Program-made: the position numbers and the translations under genes
Part shown: positions 18,923 through 32,195 of the stretch, piece by piece
Layout: every line of letters starts with the position of its first letter
Position numbering within the stretch: the first letter of the stretch is position 1
From: Chthoniobacterales bacterium
Lineage (GTDB): Bacteria > Verrucomicrobiota > Verrucomicrobiia > Chthoniobacterales > UBA10450
DNA: 64,000 nucleotides
Assembly (NCBI GenBank): GCA_039915555.1
Contig: JBDSNB010000044.1
Coordinates: 3,122 to 67,121, forward strand
Direction: 5' to 3'
The notes under the pieces: model-generated
The model's database searches: none
Seen by the model: only the letters and a program-made list of their open reading frames with translations
What the model was told of the DNA's origin: nothing

Positions 18923-20259
18923 AAACACCTGAACTGCCGCCCTTTTCTCACCAACCCGTCGCCTATTCCGGTCCGTCGGCCGAGGAAGTGTTGAAGACGC
19001 GCCGCGAGTTTCTGAACCCCGGCATTTTCCTCTACTACAAGAAGCCCCTCATGATGGTGGAGGGGAAGATGCAGTACGTCTGGGATGAAACGGGGAAGCG
19101 TTATCTCGATGCGCTCGGTGGGATCGTGACCGTGAGCGTGGGGCATTGTCACCCGCACGTGGTGGAAGCGGCGCGGAAGCAGAACGAACTGCTGCAGCAT
19201 TCCACGACGATCTATTTGAACCCAAATGTCGGTGCGTTTGCGGAGAAGCTCGCCTCGAAAATGCCGGGCGATTTGAAGGTCTGCTATTTCGTGAACTCCG
19301 GTTCGGAAGCGAACGATCTGGCGCTCCTGATGGCGCGCGCCTACACCGGCAATTACGACATGATCGCGCTCCGCAATGCGTACCACGGCGGGAACGCGAG
19401 CGGGATGGGCATGACCGCGCATCACACTTGGAAATATAATGTGCCGCACAGCTTCGGGGTGCATCACGCGATCACGCCCGATCCGTTTCGCGGATATTGG
19501 GGACGCGACGATGCGGAAGCAGGCCGCAAATATGCGGACGATGTGAAGAGTTTGATCGAGTACGCGACGCCGGGACAAATCGCCGGGTTCATCGCGGAAT
19601 CGATTCAAGGTGTCGGCGGTGTGATCGTTTTCCCGGATGGCTATTTGAAGCACACCTACGAGCACGTGCGCGCGGCGGGCGGCGTCTGCATCGCCGATGA
19701 AGTGCAATCCGGCTTCGGCCGCACGGGCACGCATTATTGGGGTTTCGAAACGCAAGACGTGCTGCCGGATATCGTCTGCATGGCGAAGGGTATCGGGAAC
19801 GGCGCGCCGCTCGGGGCGGTCGTGACCACGCCGAAAATTGCGGCGGCGTTATCGCAACGGATTCACTTCAATACTTTCGGTGGCAACCCGGTCGTCTCCG
19901 CGCAAGGGCTGGCGGTGCTGGAAGTGATCGAACGCGAAAACCTGCAGGCCAATGCGCTTAAGATTGGCGCGCAGTTGATCGCGGGTCTCGAGCGCCTGAA
20001 GGCGAAGCACAACATCATCGGCGACGTGCGCGGAAAAGGGCTCATGCTTGGAATTGAGCTGGTGAAAGATCGCGCCACGAAAGAGCCGACCAAGGCGGAG
20101 TGCGCGCAGGTTCTGGAGACGTGCAAAGAAATGGGGCTGTTGTTAGGCAAAGGCGGACTCTACGGACAGACGATCCGATTTTCGCCGCCGATGTGTGTGA
20201 CGGAAGGGGACGCGGAGTTTTTGCTGGAGGTGCTCGAGCAGGCGTTCAGTGCGTTGTAA
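18919..20259 (+). CDS. class-III aminotransferase (AGXT2 / beta-alanine:pyruvate transaminase-like)
   Basis: Motifs [26 protein letters not shown] and the PLP Lys in MAKGIGNG. The start is taken at the ATG at 18919, which overlaps the NCS1 stop codon (ATGA). The ORF-track start at 18844 would overlap the permease. Confidence 0.85.
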   Translation: MKTPELPPFSHQPVAYSGPSAEEVLKTRREFLNPGIFLYYKKPLMMVEGKMQYVWDETGKRYLDALGGIVTVSVGHCHPHVVEAARKQNELLQHSTTIYLNPNVGAFAEKLASKMPGDLKVCYFVNSGSEANDLALLMARAYTGNYDMIALRNAYHGGNASGMGMTAHHTWKYNVPHSFGVHHAITPDPFRGYWGRDDAEAGRKYADDVKSLIEYATPGQIAGFIAESIQGVGGVIVFPDGYLKHTYEHVRAAGGVCIADEVQSGFGRTGTHYWGFETQDVLPDIVCMAKGIGNGAPLGAVVTTPKIAAALSQRIHFNTFGGNPVVSAQGLAVLEVIERENLQANALKIGAQLIAGLERLKAKHNIIGDVRGKGLMLGIELVKDRATKEPTKAECAQVLETCKEMGLLLGKGGLYGQTIRFSPPMCVTEGDAEFLLEVLEQAFSAL

Positions 20260-20343
20260 TCCCGGGCGCGCGCTGCGTCTCACGACGTGAGCCACGGATT
20301 CGGCCGGGATGACAGAGAAGGCGACGCGTGATATTTCACGGGC

Positions 20344-21273
20344 GTGCCAGCCGACATCCAGCAAAGCGCGAACGCGGTCCTTATGATCCGTCCGCACCGG
20401 TTCTACCCGAACCCGGAGACGGCAGCCGATAACGCGTTCCAAAAAGCCGTGGCGGCGGGCGAGTTGCCGGCCGTCTCCGCGGCGGCGCAGCAGGAGTTCG
20501 ATCGCGCAGTGGAAACGCTCCGGAATGCAGGCGTGACGGTTCAAGCGGTGGACGACACCGCCACGCCGGAAAAGCCGGACGCGGTCTTCCCGAATAACTG
20601 GTTTTCCACCCATCACGATGGACGCGTGGCGCTCTACCCGATGTATTCCGCCGCACGCCGGCAGGAGCGGCGGCACGATGTGATCGACGAATTGCGGAAA
20701 GCGTATCGCATTACCGAGGTAATCGATTATTCCGAGTCGGAGACGAGCGGTCGCGCCTTGGAGGGCACCGGCAGTCTGGTGTTGGATCACGTCAATAAAA
20801 TGGCTTACGCCTCGCTTTCACAGCGCACGCATCCGGAAGTGTTGAAAAAATTCTGCGACGATTTCGCTTACGAAGCGGTCATCTTCCGGAGCGAGAGCGA
20901 GCCGGGCCGTCCGATCTATCACACTAACGTAATGATGTGTGTCGGCTCCGCCTTCGCGCTCGTGGGTTTGGGGAACATCCCCGACGAGGCGGAGCGCGAC
21001 GGCGTGCAGAATCTTCTGGAAGCCAACGGCCAGGAAGTGATCGAATTGTCCCGCGCGCAGATCGCCGAGTTTGCCGGCAACGCGCTCGAACTGCACAACG
21101 ACCGCGAAAAATTACTTATCCTCTCCACGCGCGCAGCGGCCGCGCTCACGCCTGCGCAACAAACCGCGATCGAACGTCACGCGCGGCTTGTTCCGTTAGC
21201 GCTTCCCACGATCGAACTCGCGGGCGGAAGCGCGCGCTGCATGATGGCGACGATTCATCTCCCGCGTTTGTAG
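20344..21273 (+). CDS. amidinotransferase-superfamily hydrolase (arginine deiminase-related, CtlX-like)
   Basis: About 310 aa, with the N-terminus AVLMIRPHRFYPNPETAADNAFQ and the C-terminal catalytic-Cys motif GGSARCMMATIH. Confidence 0.7.
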   Translation: MPADIQQSANAVLMIRPHRFYPNPETAADNAFQKAVAAGELPAVSAAAQQEFDRAVETLRNAGVTVQAVDDTATPEKPDAVFPNNWFSTHHDGRVALYPMYSAARRQERRHDVIDELRKAYRITEVIDYSESETSGRALEGTGSLVLDHVNKMAYASLSQRTHPEVLKKFCDDFAYEAVIFRSESEPGRPIYHTNVMMCVGSAFALVGLGNIPDEAERDGVQNLLEANGQEVIELSRAQIAEFAGNALELHNDREKLLILSTRAAAALTPAQQTAIERHARLVPLALPTIELAGGSARCMMATIHLPRL

Positions 21274-21285
21274 CGAGAGTGTCGG

Positions 21286-21864
21286 CTACGGTTGCGCAAG
21301 CCGTTCCTCCACCGCTTCGCAAAGGACGTGGAGTAGGAGCATGTGCGCTTCTTGAATGCGGGCGGTAGTCTCGCCGCGCACGAGCAATTCGAGGTCGGCT
21401 GTGCCTTTGCTCGCTCCACCGTCGCGGCCCAGGAAGGCGAGGCTCGTAATCCCACGCGTCTTCGCTTCTTCGAGCGCGCGCTGGATATTCGGGGAGTTGC
21501 CGCTGGTCGTTAGGCAAAGGAGGACGTCGCCCGGCTGGGCGAAGGCGGCCACCTGGCGGGCGAAAATTTCCGCGAAGCCATAGTCGTTGCCCGCCGCAGT
21601 GAGCAGGCCGCCGTCACTCGTCAGGCAGATGGCGGGATAGGCGGGCCGATCATTAATGAAACGGATGACGAACTCAGTGGTGAAATGTGCAGCATCGGCG
21701 GCGCTGCCACCATTCCCGCAGACGAGCAGTTTGTGGCCGGAGCGGAGGCACACGGTGAGCGCGTCGGCCGCGCGGCGCATTTGCTGATCGAGCTCGCCGA
21801 GTGCGCGCAGAGTTTCAATCGATTGCGTGACCGCGTGCTGCAGAATGCTGGAGAGATCACGCAT
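21286..21864 (-). CDS. gmhA: SIS-domain D-sedoheptulose-7-phosphate isomerase (GmhA/DiaA family)
   Basis: Motifs LLVCGNGGSAADAAHFTTEF and LTTSGNSPN. Confidence 0.8.
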   Translation of the reverse strand: MRDLSSILQHAVTQSIETLRALGELDQQMRRAADALTVCLRSGHKLLVCGNGGSAADAAHFTTEFVIRFINDRPAYPAICLTSDGGLLTAAGNDYGFAEIFARQVAAFAQPGDVLLCLTTSGNSPNIQRALEEAKTRGITSLAFLGRDGGASKGTADLELLVRGETTARIQEAHMLLLHVLCEAVEERLAQP

Positions 21865-21906
21865 GGGCGCAGTCCGGCGGAGAGCTGAGGATGAGGCCTT
21901 GCTCGC

Positions 21907-22770
21907 TTAACGCGTGTTTGGCTTCGGCGAAGGCTTGGCGCCCTTGGCGGGGCTGGCCTTGGGTTTCGCGTCGGCTGCGTCGGGCGCTTTGGGTTTGGCT
22001 TTTTCCAGAACGGCCAACTGCGCTTTCGCGTCGGCGTCGTTCGGCTTGATTTTCAAAATGGCGCGCAGGTCTTCCATCGCCTTCTCGTTCTCATTCGTGA
22101 CCCGGTAGATGTAAACGCGGCGCCGGTAGGCCTCGATGTCCTTCGTGTTGGCGTCGATCACTTTCGAAAAATCGATCAAGGCCATGTCATATTTTTTCAG
22201 GCTGCGATAGGCGAACCCGCGGCGGGTACGGCCCTCGATGTCGATTCTGGCGGTGCTGTTGATCGCGAGGTCGTAGTCCTCGATCGCTTTCTCCCACTCC
22301 TTCTTTTGCAGGTAGATGTAGGCCCGGAGGCGGCGCGCGGACATTTCGCGCGGTTCCTTGTCGATCGCTTTGTCCAGCTCTTCGAGAGCCGCATCGAGCT
22401 TCTTTTCACGAAGCAACGCGCGCGCCCGCGTGGTGTAGGTCCGGGCGGAGTCGGGATTGAGTTCGTTGGCTTTTTTGGTGTCGGCTTTGGCTTCCGCCGC
22501 CTGGCCATTCAGGCGGTAGGCGAGCGCGCGATTGCGGTAGTTTTTCGGATCTTTCGGCTGGCGTTCGATCGCCTTGGTGAATTCTTCGACCGCTTTGTCG
22601 TATTTTTTTTGGCGCGCGTATTTCACGCCGCGATTGGTGTGGCCACCGGGATCGCCGGAAACGGAGCGGCTGCTGCGGGAACCGCGGGCGGCCTCGGCCG
22701 TGGTGGGAACGGTGAGCAAACCGGAAACCGCCAGAATGACGGCCAGGCAGGTAAGGTGGAGGAGTTTCAT
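21907..22770 (-). CDS. secreted tetratricopeptide-repeat protein
   Basis: Signal peptide [27 protein letters not shown], followed by repeated TPR-like units (Y..A...F..AI...P). Confidence 0.75.
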   Translation of the reverse strand: MKLLHLTCLAVILAVSGLLTVPTTAEAARGSRSSRSVSGDPGGHTNRGVKYARQKKYDKAVEEFTKAIERQPKDPKNYRNRALAYRLNGQAAEAKADTKKANELNPDSARTYTTRARALLREKKLDAALEELDKAIDKEPREMSARRLRAYIYLQKKEWEKAIEDYDLAINSTARIDIEGRTRRGFAYRSLKKYDMALIDFSKVIDANTKDIEAYRRRVYIYRVTNENEKAMEDLRAILKIKPNDADAKAQLAVLEKAKPKAPDAADAKPKASPAKGAKPSPKPNTR

Positions 22771-22899
22771 GGAATGGTGAGGTTGGCTGCTTTTTGTCTG
22801 TATCTTTGGCGACCGCCGGGTTCAAGCTTACTCAATTCTCCAAAACGCGCGCGCGGAAAGACGAGCCGGCGTTCGGAGGGGAGATGTGTTGCCCCCAGA

Positions 22900-25541
22900 A
22901 TGATGAATGCTGAGCGTGAACGCCTGCGTGAGGATGCAGCCCGAGAGAAAAATTGGAAACGCTGGGGCCCGTATCTTTCCGAGCGGCAGTGGGCGACGGT
23001 GCGGGAGGATTATTCGGCGGGCGGGAATCCGTGGGAGTCGTTTCCGCACGACCATGCGCGGAGTCGCGCCTACCGCTGGGGCGAGGATGGGTTGCTCGGG
23101 ATTACCGATCGGGAATGTCGGCTGTGCTTTGCGCTCGCGCTTTGGAATGGGCGGGATCCGATTCTCAAGGAGCGGCTCTTCGGGTTAACGGGACCGGAGG
23201 GAAATCACGGCGAGGACGTGAAGGAGGCTTACTTCTATCTCGACTCGACGCCGACTCATTCCTACCTGAAGGCGCTCTATAAGTATCCGCAGGCGGAGTT
23301 TCCCTATGCGCGCTTGCTGGCGGAGAATCGGCAGCGCGGGTTGCACGCGCCCGAGTTTGAATTGGCGGACACGGGCGTGTTTGATGAGGGGCGTTACTTC
23401 GATGTCTTCGCGGAGTACGCGAAAGGCTCGCCGAACGACATTCTGATCCGAATCACGGTGGCAAACCGCGGACCGGAAAAGGCCACCCTGCATCTGCTGC
23501 CGACTCTGTGGTTTCGCAATATGTGGTCTTGGGGCGAGGTGCCGGAGATGATGAAAACCAAACCGTCATTCCGGATGCAGGATGCGCACACGATCGTCGC
23601 GGAACACGAACGGCTGGGCGTTTATCAATTCGCGTACGAAAACGCGGCGCGACCGCTGTTCACCGAGAACGAAACTAACGCCGAGCGGCTTTTCGCCGCG
23701 GCCAATCCGTCGCCTTATGTGAAGGATGCTTTTCACGAGTTTGTTCTTCGCGGGCACGAGGCGGCGGTGAATCCCGCGCAGACGGGAACGAAGGTGGCGT
23801 TGCACGAAGTTCTGCAATTGGACGCTGGCGAGTCGCGCACGATCCGGCTGCGCTTGTCCGCCGGGAAGGAAACGCCGGTGAAAGCGTTTGGCTCCGGGTT
23901 CGATGGCATCTTCGCGCTGCGACAGGGCGAGGCGGACGAGTTTTTCGATCAAGTAGCCGGCGCGCGCGAGGGCGACGCCGATGCGCGCAACGTCATCCGG
24001 CAGGCCTATGCCGGTCTGCTTTGGACGAAGCAGTTTTATTATTACACGATTCACGAATGGCTGGCGGGTGATCCCGCGCAGCCGCCCCCGCCGCCGGAGC
24101 GATGGCAGGGCCGCAATAGCGCATGGCAGCATCTCTACAATCGCGACGTCCTCTCGATGCCGGATAAGTGGGAGTATCCGTGGTTCGCCGCCTGGGATCT
24201 GGCTTTTCATATGATCCCGTTCGCGAAGATCGATCCCGACTTTGCGAAGCACCAATTGAGCCTGCTCCTGCGCGAATGGTACATGCACCCGAACGGGCAA
24301 ATTCCGGCCTACGAGTTTGCGTTCGGCGACGTAAATCCACCGGTGCACGCCTGGGCGGCGTGGCGGGTCTATAAAATGACCGGGCCGAGCGGAGGACGCG
24401 ATCGGGCGTTTCTCGAAAGCGTCTTCCAGAAGCTGCTCCTCAACTTCACCTGGTGGGTAAACCGAAAGGATATGGAGGGGAACAACCTCTTTGCCGGTGG
24501 TTTCCTCGGACTGGATAACATCGGGGTCTTCGATCGCTCCAAGCCGCTCCCGACCGGCGGTTACCTCCAGCAGGCGGATGGCACTGCATGGATGGCGTTT
24601 TATTGCCTAACGATGCTCTCGATGGCGTTGGAGCTGGCGCAAACCAATCGGGTCTACGAGGACATGGCCTCGAAGTTTTTCGAACACTTCATTCACATCA
24701 GCGATGCGATGAACGCGTTCGGCGAGGCCGGCCTGTGGGATGAAGAGGACGGTTTTTATTACGATGAACTGAAGACGCCGCGCGGACGCCAGATTCCCCT
24801 GAAGACGCGCTCGCTGGTTGGGTTGATGCCGTTGATCGCAGTCGAAGTTTTGAAAAGCTCGCAGCTCGAAGGGCTGCCGGGCTTCACGAAACGGATGAAT
24901 TGGTTTCTCCGGCATCGGACTGATCTCGAACCACTCGTCACGCTCGGGCGGCTGGGCGTGCACGGCCGGCGGCGCATCCTCGCGGTGGTCACGCAGGAAC
25001 GACTCAAACGCATGCTCCGCTATGTGCTCGATGAGGAGGAATTCCTTTCGCCACACGGTGTGCGGTCGCTCTCCCAGATTCATCGCGATCATCCCTACAT
25101 TTTTCACGCCGGGCAGGAGGAGCATCGGGTCGATTACGTGCCGGGCGAAAGCGCGAGCTACGTTTTCGGGGGCAACTCAAACTGGCGTGGGCCGGTCTGG
25201 TTCCCGATCAATTATCTCATCATCGAAGCGCTCGAGCGCTACCACCATTTCTATGGCGACGACTTTCAGGTCGAGTGTCCGAAAGGTTCCGGCATCATGA
25301 TGAACCTCGGACAGGTCGCGGCCGAACTGGGACGCCGCATGGGCAGCCTTTTCCTGCGGAACGCGCAGGGCGAGCGGCCGTTTGCGGGTGGCGAAGCGCG
25401 TTTCGCGAACGATCCGCATTGGCGCGATCTGGTGCTCTTCCACGAGTATTTCCATGGCGATAACGGACGCGGTCTCGGCGCGAGCCATCAAACCGGGTGG
25501 ACCGCGCTCGCCGCGCCCTTGATCGAGGATATGCTGTCGAC

Positions 25542-25566
<25 letters not shown>
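22900..25566 (+). CDS. GH63-like (MGH1-like) glucosidase
   Basis: [39 protein letters not shown]...[16 protein letters not shown] matches the conserved N-terminus of bacterial GH63-like glucosidases as I remember them. The start is the ATG at 22900. The ORF-track start at 22306 lies antisense inside the TPR gene. Confidence 0.8.
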
Positions 25567-27773
<2,207 letters not shown>

Positions 27774-29243
27774 AGTCACCGCGTTCCCGCCGCATCAGGC
27801 GGTCAAAAATCGGCGACGCCATCAATGTGGTGATGACCGCCATGATGACGAGCGCCGCAAAAAGTCCGGGCGAAATGATGCCCCGCTGGAGGCCGATGTT
27901 AATGATGATCAATTCCATTAAGCCACGCGCGTTCATCAATGTGCCGATGCCGAGCGCTTCGCGATTCCCAATCCCGGTGGCGCGCGCCGCGAGCCAGCAG
28001 GCCACGCCTTTTCCAGTCACGGCCGCGAGCAGGACGAGCAGCGCCATGAGCCAGAGAGACGCGGAATCGAGGACCGTGATCTGCGTGTTCAAGCCCGAGT
28101 AAGTGAAGAAGAGCGGAAGCAGGAGCGCGACCGTGAGCGGTTGGGCGCGGGTGATAATGCCTTGCGCGATCACGCCGCGCGGCATCGCGGCGCCCATAAC
28201 AAACGCGCCGAAGACCGCATGCAAACCGACTGCATCGGTTAACCACGCGCCCGCCACCATAAGGATGAGCGCGATGACAAATTCGCGATCGGAAAGCGTG
28301 CCGCGTGCTTCACTGCCACGGCTCCAGCGCGCGAGGAGGGGGCGCAGAACGAGGAACGCGAAGGCCACGTAGGCGACACCGCTGCCGATGGTGCGCGCCG
28401 CGACCGTGAAATCCCCATCGAAACTCGCGAGCACGACCGCGAGTAAACACCACGCCGCCGCATCGTTGATCGCGCCCGCACCGAGCGCCACCGTGCCCAT
28501 CGTGGTGCCGGCGAGTTTTTTGAAATGGATGATGCGCGCGAGCATCGGGAAGGCGGTGATGCACATCGACGCGCCGAGAAAAATCATCGCTTCGGACAGC
28601 GTCGTGCGCGGGCCGAAAAGCGTGGTGTGCGCGTGGAAGAACCATCCAAGCAACGCGCCGAGGACGAAAGGTGCGGCCATCCCGGCGATCGAGACCGCAA
28701 CCGCGCTCCGCAATTTCTGGCTTACGATATCCATCCGAAATTCGAGCCCGACGACGAACATGTAGGCGGCCAGACCGAGCTGCGAGAGCGGGAAGAGCAC
28801 CTTCATCGAATCCGGCGGAAACAATTGGGCGGAGAACCCGGGCCAGAAAAGCCCGAAGACCGAGGGGCCAAGCAGCACGCCGGCGATCATTTCGCCCACT
28901 ACTTGCGGCTGCCCGAAGCGCTGGCCGATCGCGCCCACGATCTGGCAGATCGTCAGGATGACTGCGATCTGGAGGAGGAAGAGGACGGCGAGTTGGAGCG
29001 TGGTCACGGGAGAGTGAGGCATGGTTTGCCATGAGGCAGCGTTTTGCGCCACGGAATTTTGTCTGCCCGGCGAGAGCGCCGCCCCGTGGTGGGATCGAAG
29101 GTTCCACCGACGGCGAGATCCTCGGCCGTCTCCGCGGCTCGGGATAACGGGCGAATGCTTCCCTCCCGACCCAGAAACGCTAAAGTCGTTTCCGTGTCGG
29201 CCTCGCAACCATCCTCCTCATTAATGGAGAGGAGCTTGGAATA

Positions 29244-29819
29244 ATGTCGCCGCCCACCGCTCCCACGGACGTGGCGAAAGTCGATTTTGAGCTCCTCGTG
29301 GAGACCCATTACGCGGCGCTTTACCGGTTCGCCTACAGCCTCGCCAAGAACGCCATGCAAGCCGCCGATCTCACCCAGCAAACCTTCTACCTCTGGGCGG
29401 CAAAAGGTCATCAACTGCGCGAAACTTCCAAGGTCAAGACGTGGCTTTTCACCACGCTCTATCGCGAATTTCTTGGCGGACATCGGCATGAGACGCGCTT
29501 CCCAAAAGTGGGTCTCGAGGAAGCGCCGGAACAATCGGCCGAGACGCCTTCCGTTTACGAAAAGATCGACGCCACAGCGGCGGTGGAAGCGTTGCAAACG
29601 CTGGAGGAAAATTATCGCGCCCCACTCACGCTGTTTTATCTGAAACAATTTTCTTATGCCGAAATCGCCGAGGTCTTAAACGTGCCAATCGGCACCGTGA
29701 TGTCGCGGCTCTCGCGCGGGAAGGAATTTTTGCGCCAGAAATTCTCCGAGAAATGGGGGGACGCGGAACGCAAAATTGTGCCGCTGCCGATGAGACGAGC
29801 CGAGGGGGAACGCGAGTGA
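29244..29819 (+). CDS. ECF-type RNA polymerase sigma-70 factor
   Basis: Region 2 (YAALYRFAYSLAKNAMQAADLTQQTF) and region 4 (YAEIAEVLNVPIGTVMSRLSRGK). Confidence 0.85.
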   Translation: MSPPTAPTDVAKVDFELLVETHYAALYRFAYSLAKNAMQAADLTQQTFYLWAAKGHQLRETSKVKTWLFTTLYREFLGGHRHETRFPKVGLEEAPEQSAETPSVYEKIDATAAVEALQTLEENYRAPLTLFYLKQFSYAEIAEVLNVPIGTVMSRLSRGKEFLRQKFSEKWGDAERKIVPLPMRRAEGERE

Positions 29820-30565
29820 ACAACGACGAGGCCAAATTTATCCTGAGCGCGTATCGGCCAGCGGGCGACGATGCGGGCGACCCGCGTTTTGGCGAAGCGA
29901 TCGCGCAGGCGGAGCGCGATCCAGAGTTGAGCGCATGGTTCCAGGCCGAGCGTCGCTTTGATTCCGAAATGTCCGCGGCTCTCGAGACCGTGCCGCTGCC
30001 CGCTGCCTTGCGCGCCACCATTCTGGCCGGTGGAAAAATCAGCCGCCCGCACGTCTGGTCCGGTCGCCGCACGATTCTCGCGCTCGCCGCCAGTCTTCTG
30101 CTCCTCGCCGCGCTTGCCGGCGTGTGGTGGCCGCGCGCGCCGCAGCTCGATTTCTGGCAGCGCGACGCGCTCGCGCTGGTGCCGAAGCTTGGCACGAAGG
30201 CGATGCGTTTCGATTTGGAAAATGAAGACGGCGCGGTGCTGCGCAACTGGTTGGAGCAACGGGAGGCGCCCGCGCCGGGTGTCATCCCGGTCGCGCTGCA
30301 AAAGATGCCGGCGCTCGGTTGCAAAACGATCAGGACGCAGGGTCAGGAGGTCTCGATCCTTTGCTTCCAGTTAAGCTCGGGCAAATTGATCCACCTGGTG
30401 GTGACGGAGCAGGGAACGCTCCGACATCCGCCAACGAACAAGCCCCGTTTCGTGGACGCGGAGGGCTGGAAAACCGCGAGCTGGAGCGCCCACGGCCGCG
30501 CCTACATGCTGGCGACGAAGGCATCCGAGAGTGAATTGCGGGCCACGTTGCCGCAGAATATTTGA
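29816..30565 (+). CDS. putative single-pass membrane anti-sigma factor
   Basis: A GTG start at 29816 overlaps the sigma-factor stop codon (GTGA). The N-terminal cytoplasmic segment NNDEAKFILSAYRPAGDDAGDPRF is followed by a TM helix (ILALAASLLLLAALAGVWW). The call rests on position and topology only. Confidence 0.5.
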   Translation: MNNDEAKFILSAYRPAGDDAGDPRFGEAIAQAERDPELSAWFQAERRFDSEMSAALETVPLPAALRATILAGGKISRPHVWSGRRTILALAASLLLLAALAGVWWPRAPQLDFWQRDALALVPKLGTKAMRFDLENEDGAVLRNWLEQREAPAPGVIPVALQKMPALGCKTIRTQGQEVSILCFQLSSGKLIHLVVTEQGTLRHPPTNKPRFVDAEGWKTASWSAHGRAYMLATKASESELRATLPQNI

Positions 30566-30624
30566 GGGGCGGCCGCCAGCCGAATCGGCTGGAATAGAAA
30601 TGCGTATCCGCTCCTCCCACGGAT

Positions 30625-31353
30625 ATGCGACCAACCATTCTCACGCTTCTCGCGCTGGCTGCCGCGCTGCCGTCCGTCGTTTCCGCGGAGACTACCTTCA
30701 CGAGCCCGCCGACCCGCGCCCATCTGCTAGAGCTCTACACTTCCGAAGGGTGCAGCAGTTGTCCGCCGGCCGAATCGTGGTTGAGCAAACTGAAGGACGC
30801 GCCCGGTCTCTGGACGGAGTTCGTGCCGCTGGCGTTTCATGTCGATTATTGGGATCGGCTCGGTTGGCGCGATCCGTTCGCGTCCAAAGCCTGGACCGCG
30901 CGGCAGTATCGGTATTCCGCGAGTTGGAAAAGCAGCAGCGTTTACACTCCAGCCTTCGTGCTCAACGGCCGCGAATGGCGCAACAGCGGCGTGCCTTCCG
31001 CTTCGAGGGAAACGCCGGGCGTGCTTAAAATTTCGGTCCTCAATCCGGAACGCGTGCGAGTGAATTTCGCGCCGGCCAAAGTGGAGGGTCGCGCCTACGA
31101 AGTGCACGTGGCGCGGCTCGGATTTGACGTGAAGATCAATGTGAAAGCGGGCGAGAACCGCGGACGTGAGCTGCTGCACGACTTCGTGGTCCTCGCGCTG
31201 GCCAAGGCACAATTAGGAGAGGGCGCGGCCGAAGTGGCGTTGCCCGCGGGCACGCCGACGCCGGGGGGTACGACGCGACGGGCGATTGTCGCCTGGGTGA
31301 CGGAAGCGGGAGGAATGGAGCCGCTCCAGGCGGTCGGGGGCTGGCAGCCGTAG
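30625..31353 (+). CDS. DUF1223 family secreted thioredoxin-like protein
   Basis: A signal peptide followed by LELYTSEGCSSCPPAE, the DUF1223 hallmark. Confidence 0.8.
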   Translation: MRPTILTLLALAAALPSVVSAETTFTSPPTRAHLLELYTSEGCSSCPPAESWLSKLKDAPGLWTEFVPLAFHVDYWDRLGWRDPFASKAWTARQYRYSASWKSSSVYTPAFVLNGREWRNSGVPSASRETPGVLKISVLNPERVRVNFAPAKVEGRAYEVHVARLGFDVKINVKAGENRGRELLHDFVVLALAKAQLGEGAAEVALPAGTPTPGGTTRRAIVAWVTEAGGMEPLQAVGGWQP

Positions 31354-31370
31354 GGCTGGGCGGCTGCCAG
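31341..31370. terminator. perfect 10-bp hairpin between convergent genes (putative bidirectional terminator)
   Basis: CTGGCAGCCG (31341-31350) and CGGCTGCCAG (31361-31370) flank a 10-nt loop that contains the DUF1223 stop codon. No U-tract is present. Confidence 0.4.
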
Positions 31371-31386
31371 CGTTTAGCGGCTTCCG

Positions 31387-31989
31387 TCAGGCGTGTTGCC
31401 AGTTTTCGGGATCGTCCGAATCGTTAGGCGACAATCCGAGCCTGTCGCCTGCTGTCGTGACGCCGAGGCCAAGGACGGTGCGATTCGCGTAAGCGAAATA
31501 GCTCGCGACCTGATTCGCTTCGAGAATTTCGCCGTCGTCCAAACCGGCGGAGCGCAGCTCGTCGATATCCGATTCGGTTAGCTCGTGCGGTGCTTGCGTA
31601 ATTTGCTTCGCATATCGGAGCAGGGCTTGCTCTCGGGCGTCGAAGGTTTGGTCCAGAGTTTCCGTTTCCAAGGCCGCTTGAATCGCGCTCGCGCGTGCTT
31701 CCGAGAGAAGCCGACGCAGACCGGCCGTGTGATGCGCTACGCAGTAGGCGCAGCGATTGAGCAAGCTCACGTAAATGCCGATGGTTTCGAGGAACCAGAA
31801 GGGCAGGCTATTGCCGTGGTGATGCAGCACATTTTTGTAGAGCGCCAGATGTGCTTCCAGCGTGTGTGGGCGGAGGCTGTGGACTTGGAGGACATTGTCC
31901 ACCGCTCCGTCGGGAGCCGCGATGCGGAGATAGATTTCCCGCAGCCGTCCCGCGGATTCTGCCGGCGAAACCGTTTTGATCCAGCTCAT
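31387..31989 (-). CDS. carboxymuconolactone decarboxylase / AhpD-like peroxidase-related protein
   Basis: The NRCAYCVAHH (CxxC-x2-H) motif and the N-terminus MSWIKTVSPAESAGRLREIY are typical of CMD-domain peroxidase-related enzymes. Confidence 0.8.
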   Translation of the reverse strand: MSWIKTVSPAESAGRLREIYLRIAAPDGAVDNVLQVHSLRPHTLEAHLALYKNVLHHHGNSLPFWFLETIGIYVSLLNRCAYCVAHHTAGLRRLLSEARASAIQAALETETLDQTFDAREQALLRYAKQITQAPHELTESDIDELRSAGLDDGEILEANQVASYFAYANRTVLGLGVTTAGDRLGLSPNDSDDPENWQHA

Positions 31990-32195
31990 GCCGCACCCTA
32001 CACGCGCAGGAATTGTCCGCTGGCCGGTTTATCGATGGAGATGCGCCGGCGGGAGAAGACGGCACGTTCGTTTCCAAGCCCTCGCGCTGCTTTCATTCTC
32101 GGAAATGAATACGTCTGTTTGGTCGCAGCGAGCGTGATTTGGGAGGGCGGGTCGGGATTGCGGTCCTTTGGCGCACCGCAGCGAATGCCTCCGTC

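Noticed and set aside
22306-22899. N-terminal 198-aa extension of the GH63-like ORF
   Set aside because: It lies antisense within the TPR-protein gene and has a repetitive Gly/Arg/Phe composition. The conserved GH63-like N-terminus begins at the ATG at 22900.
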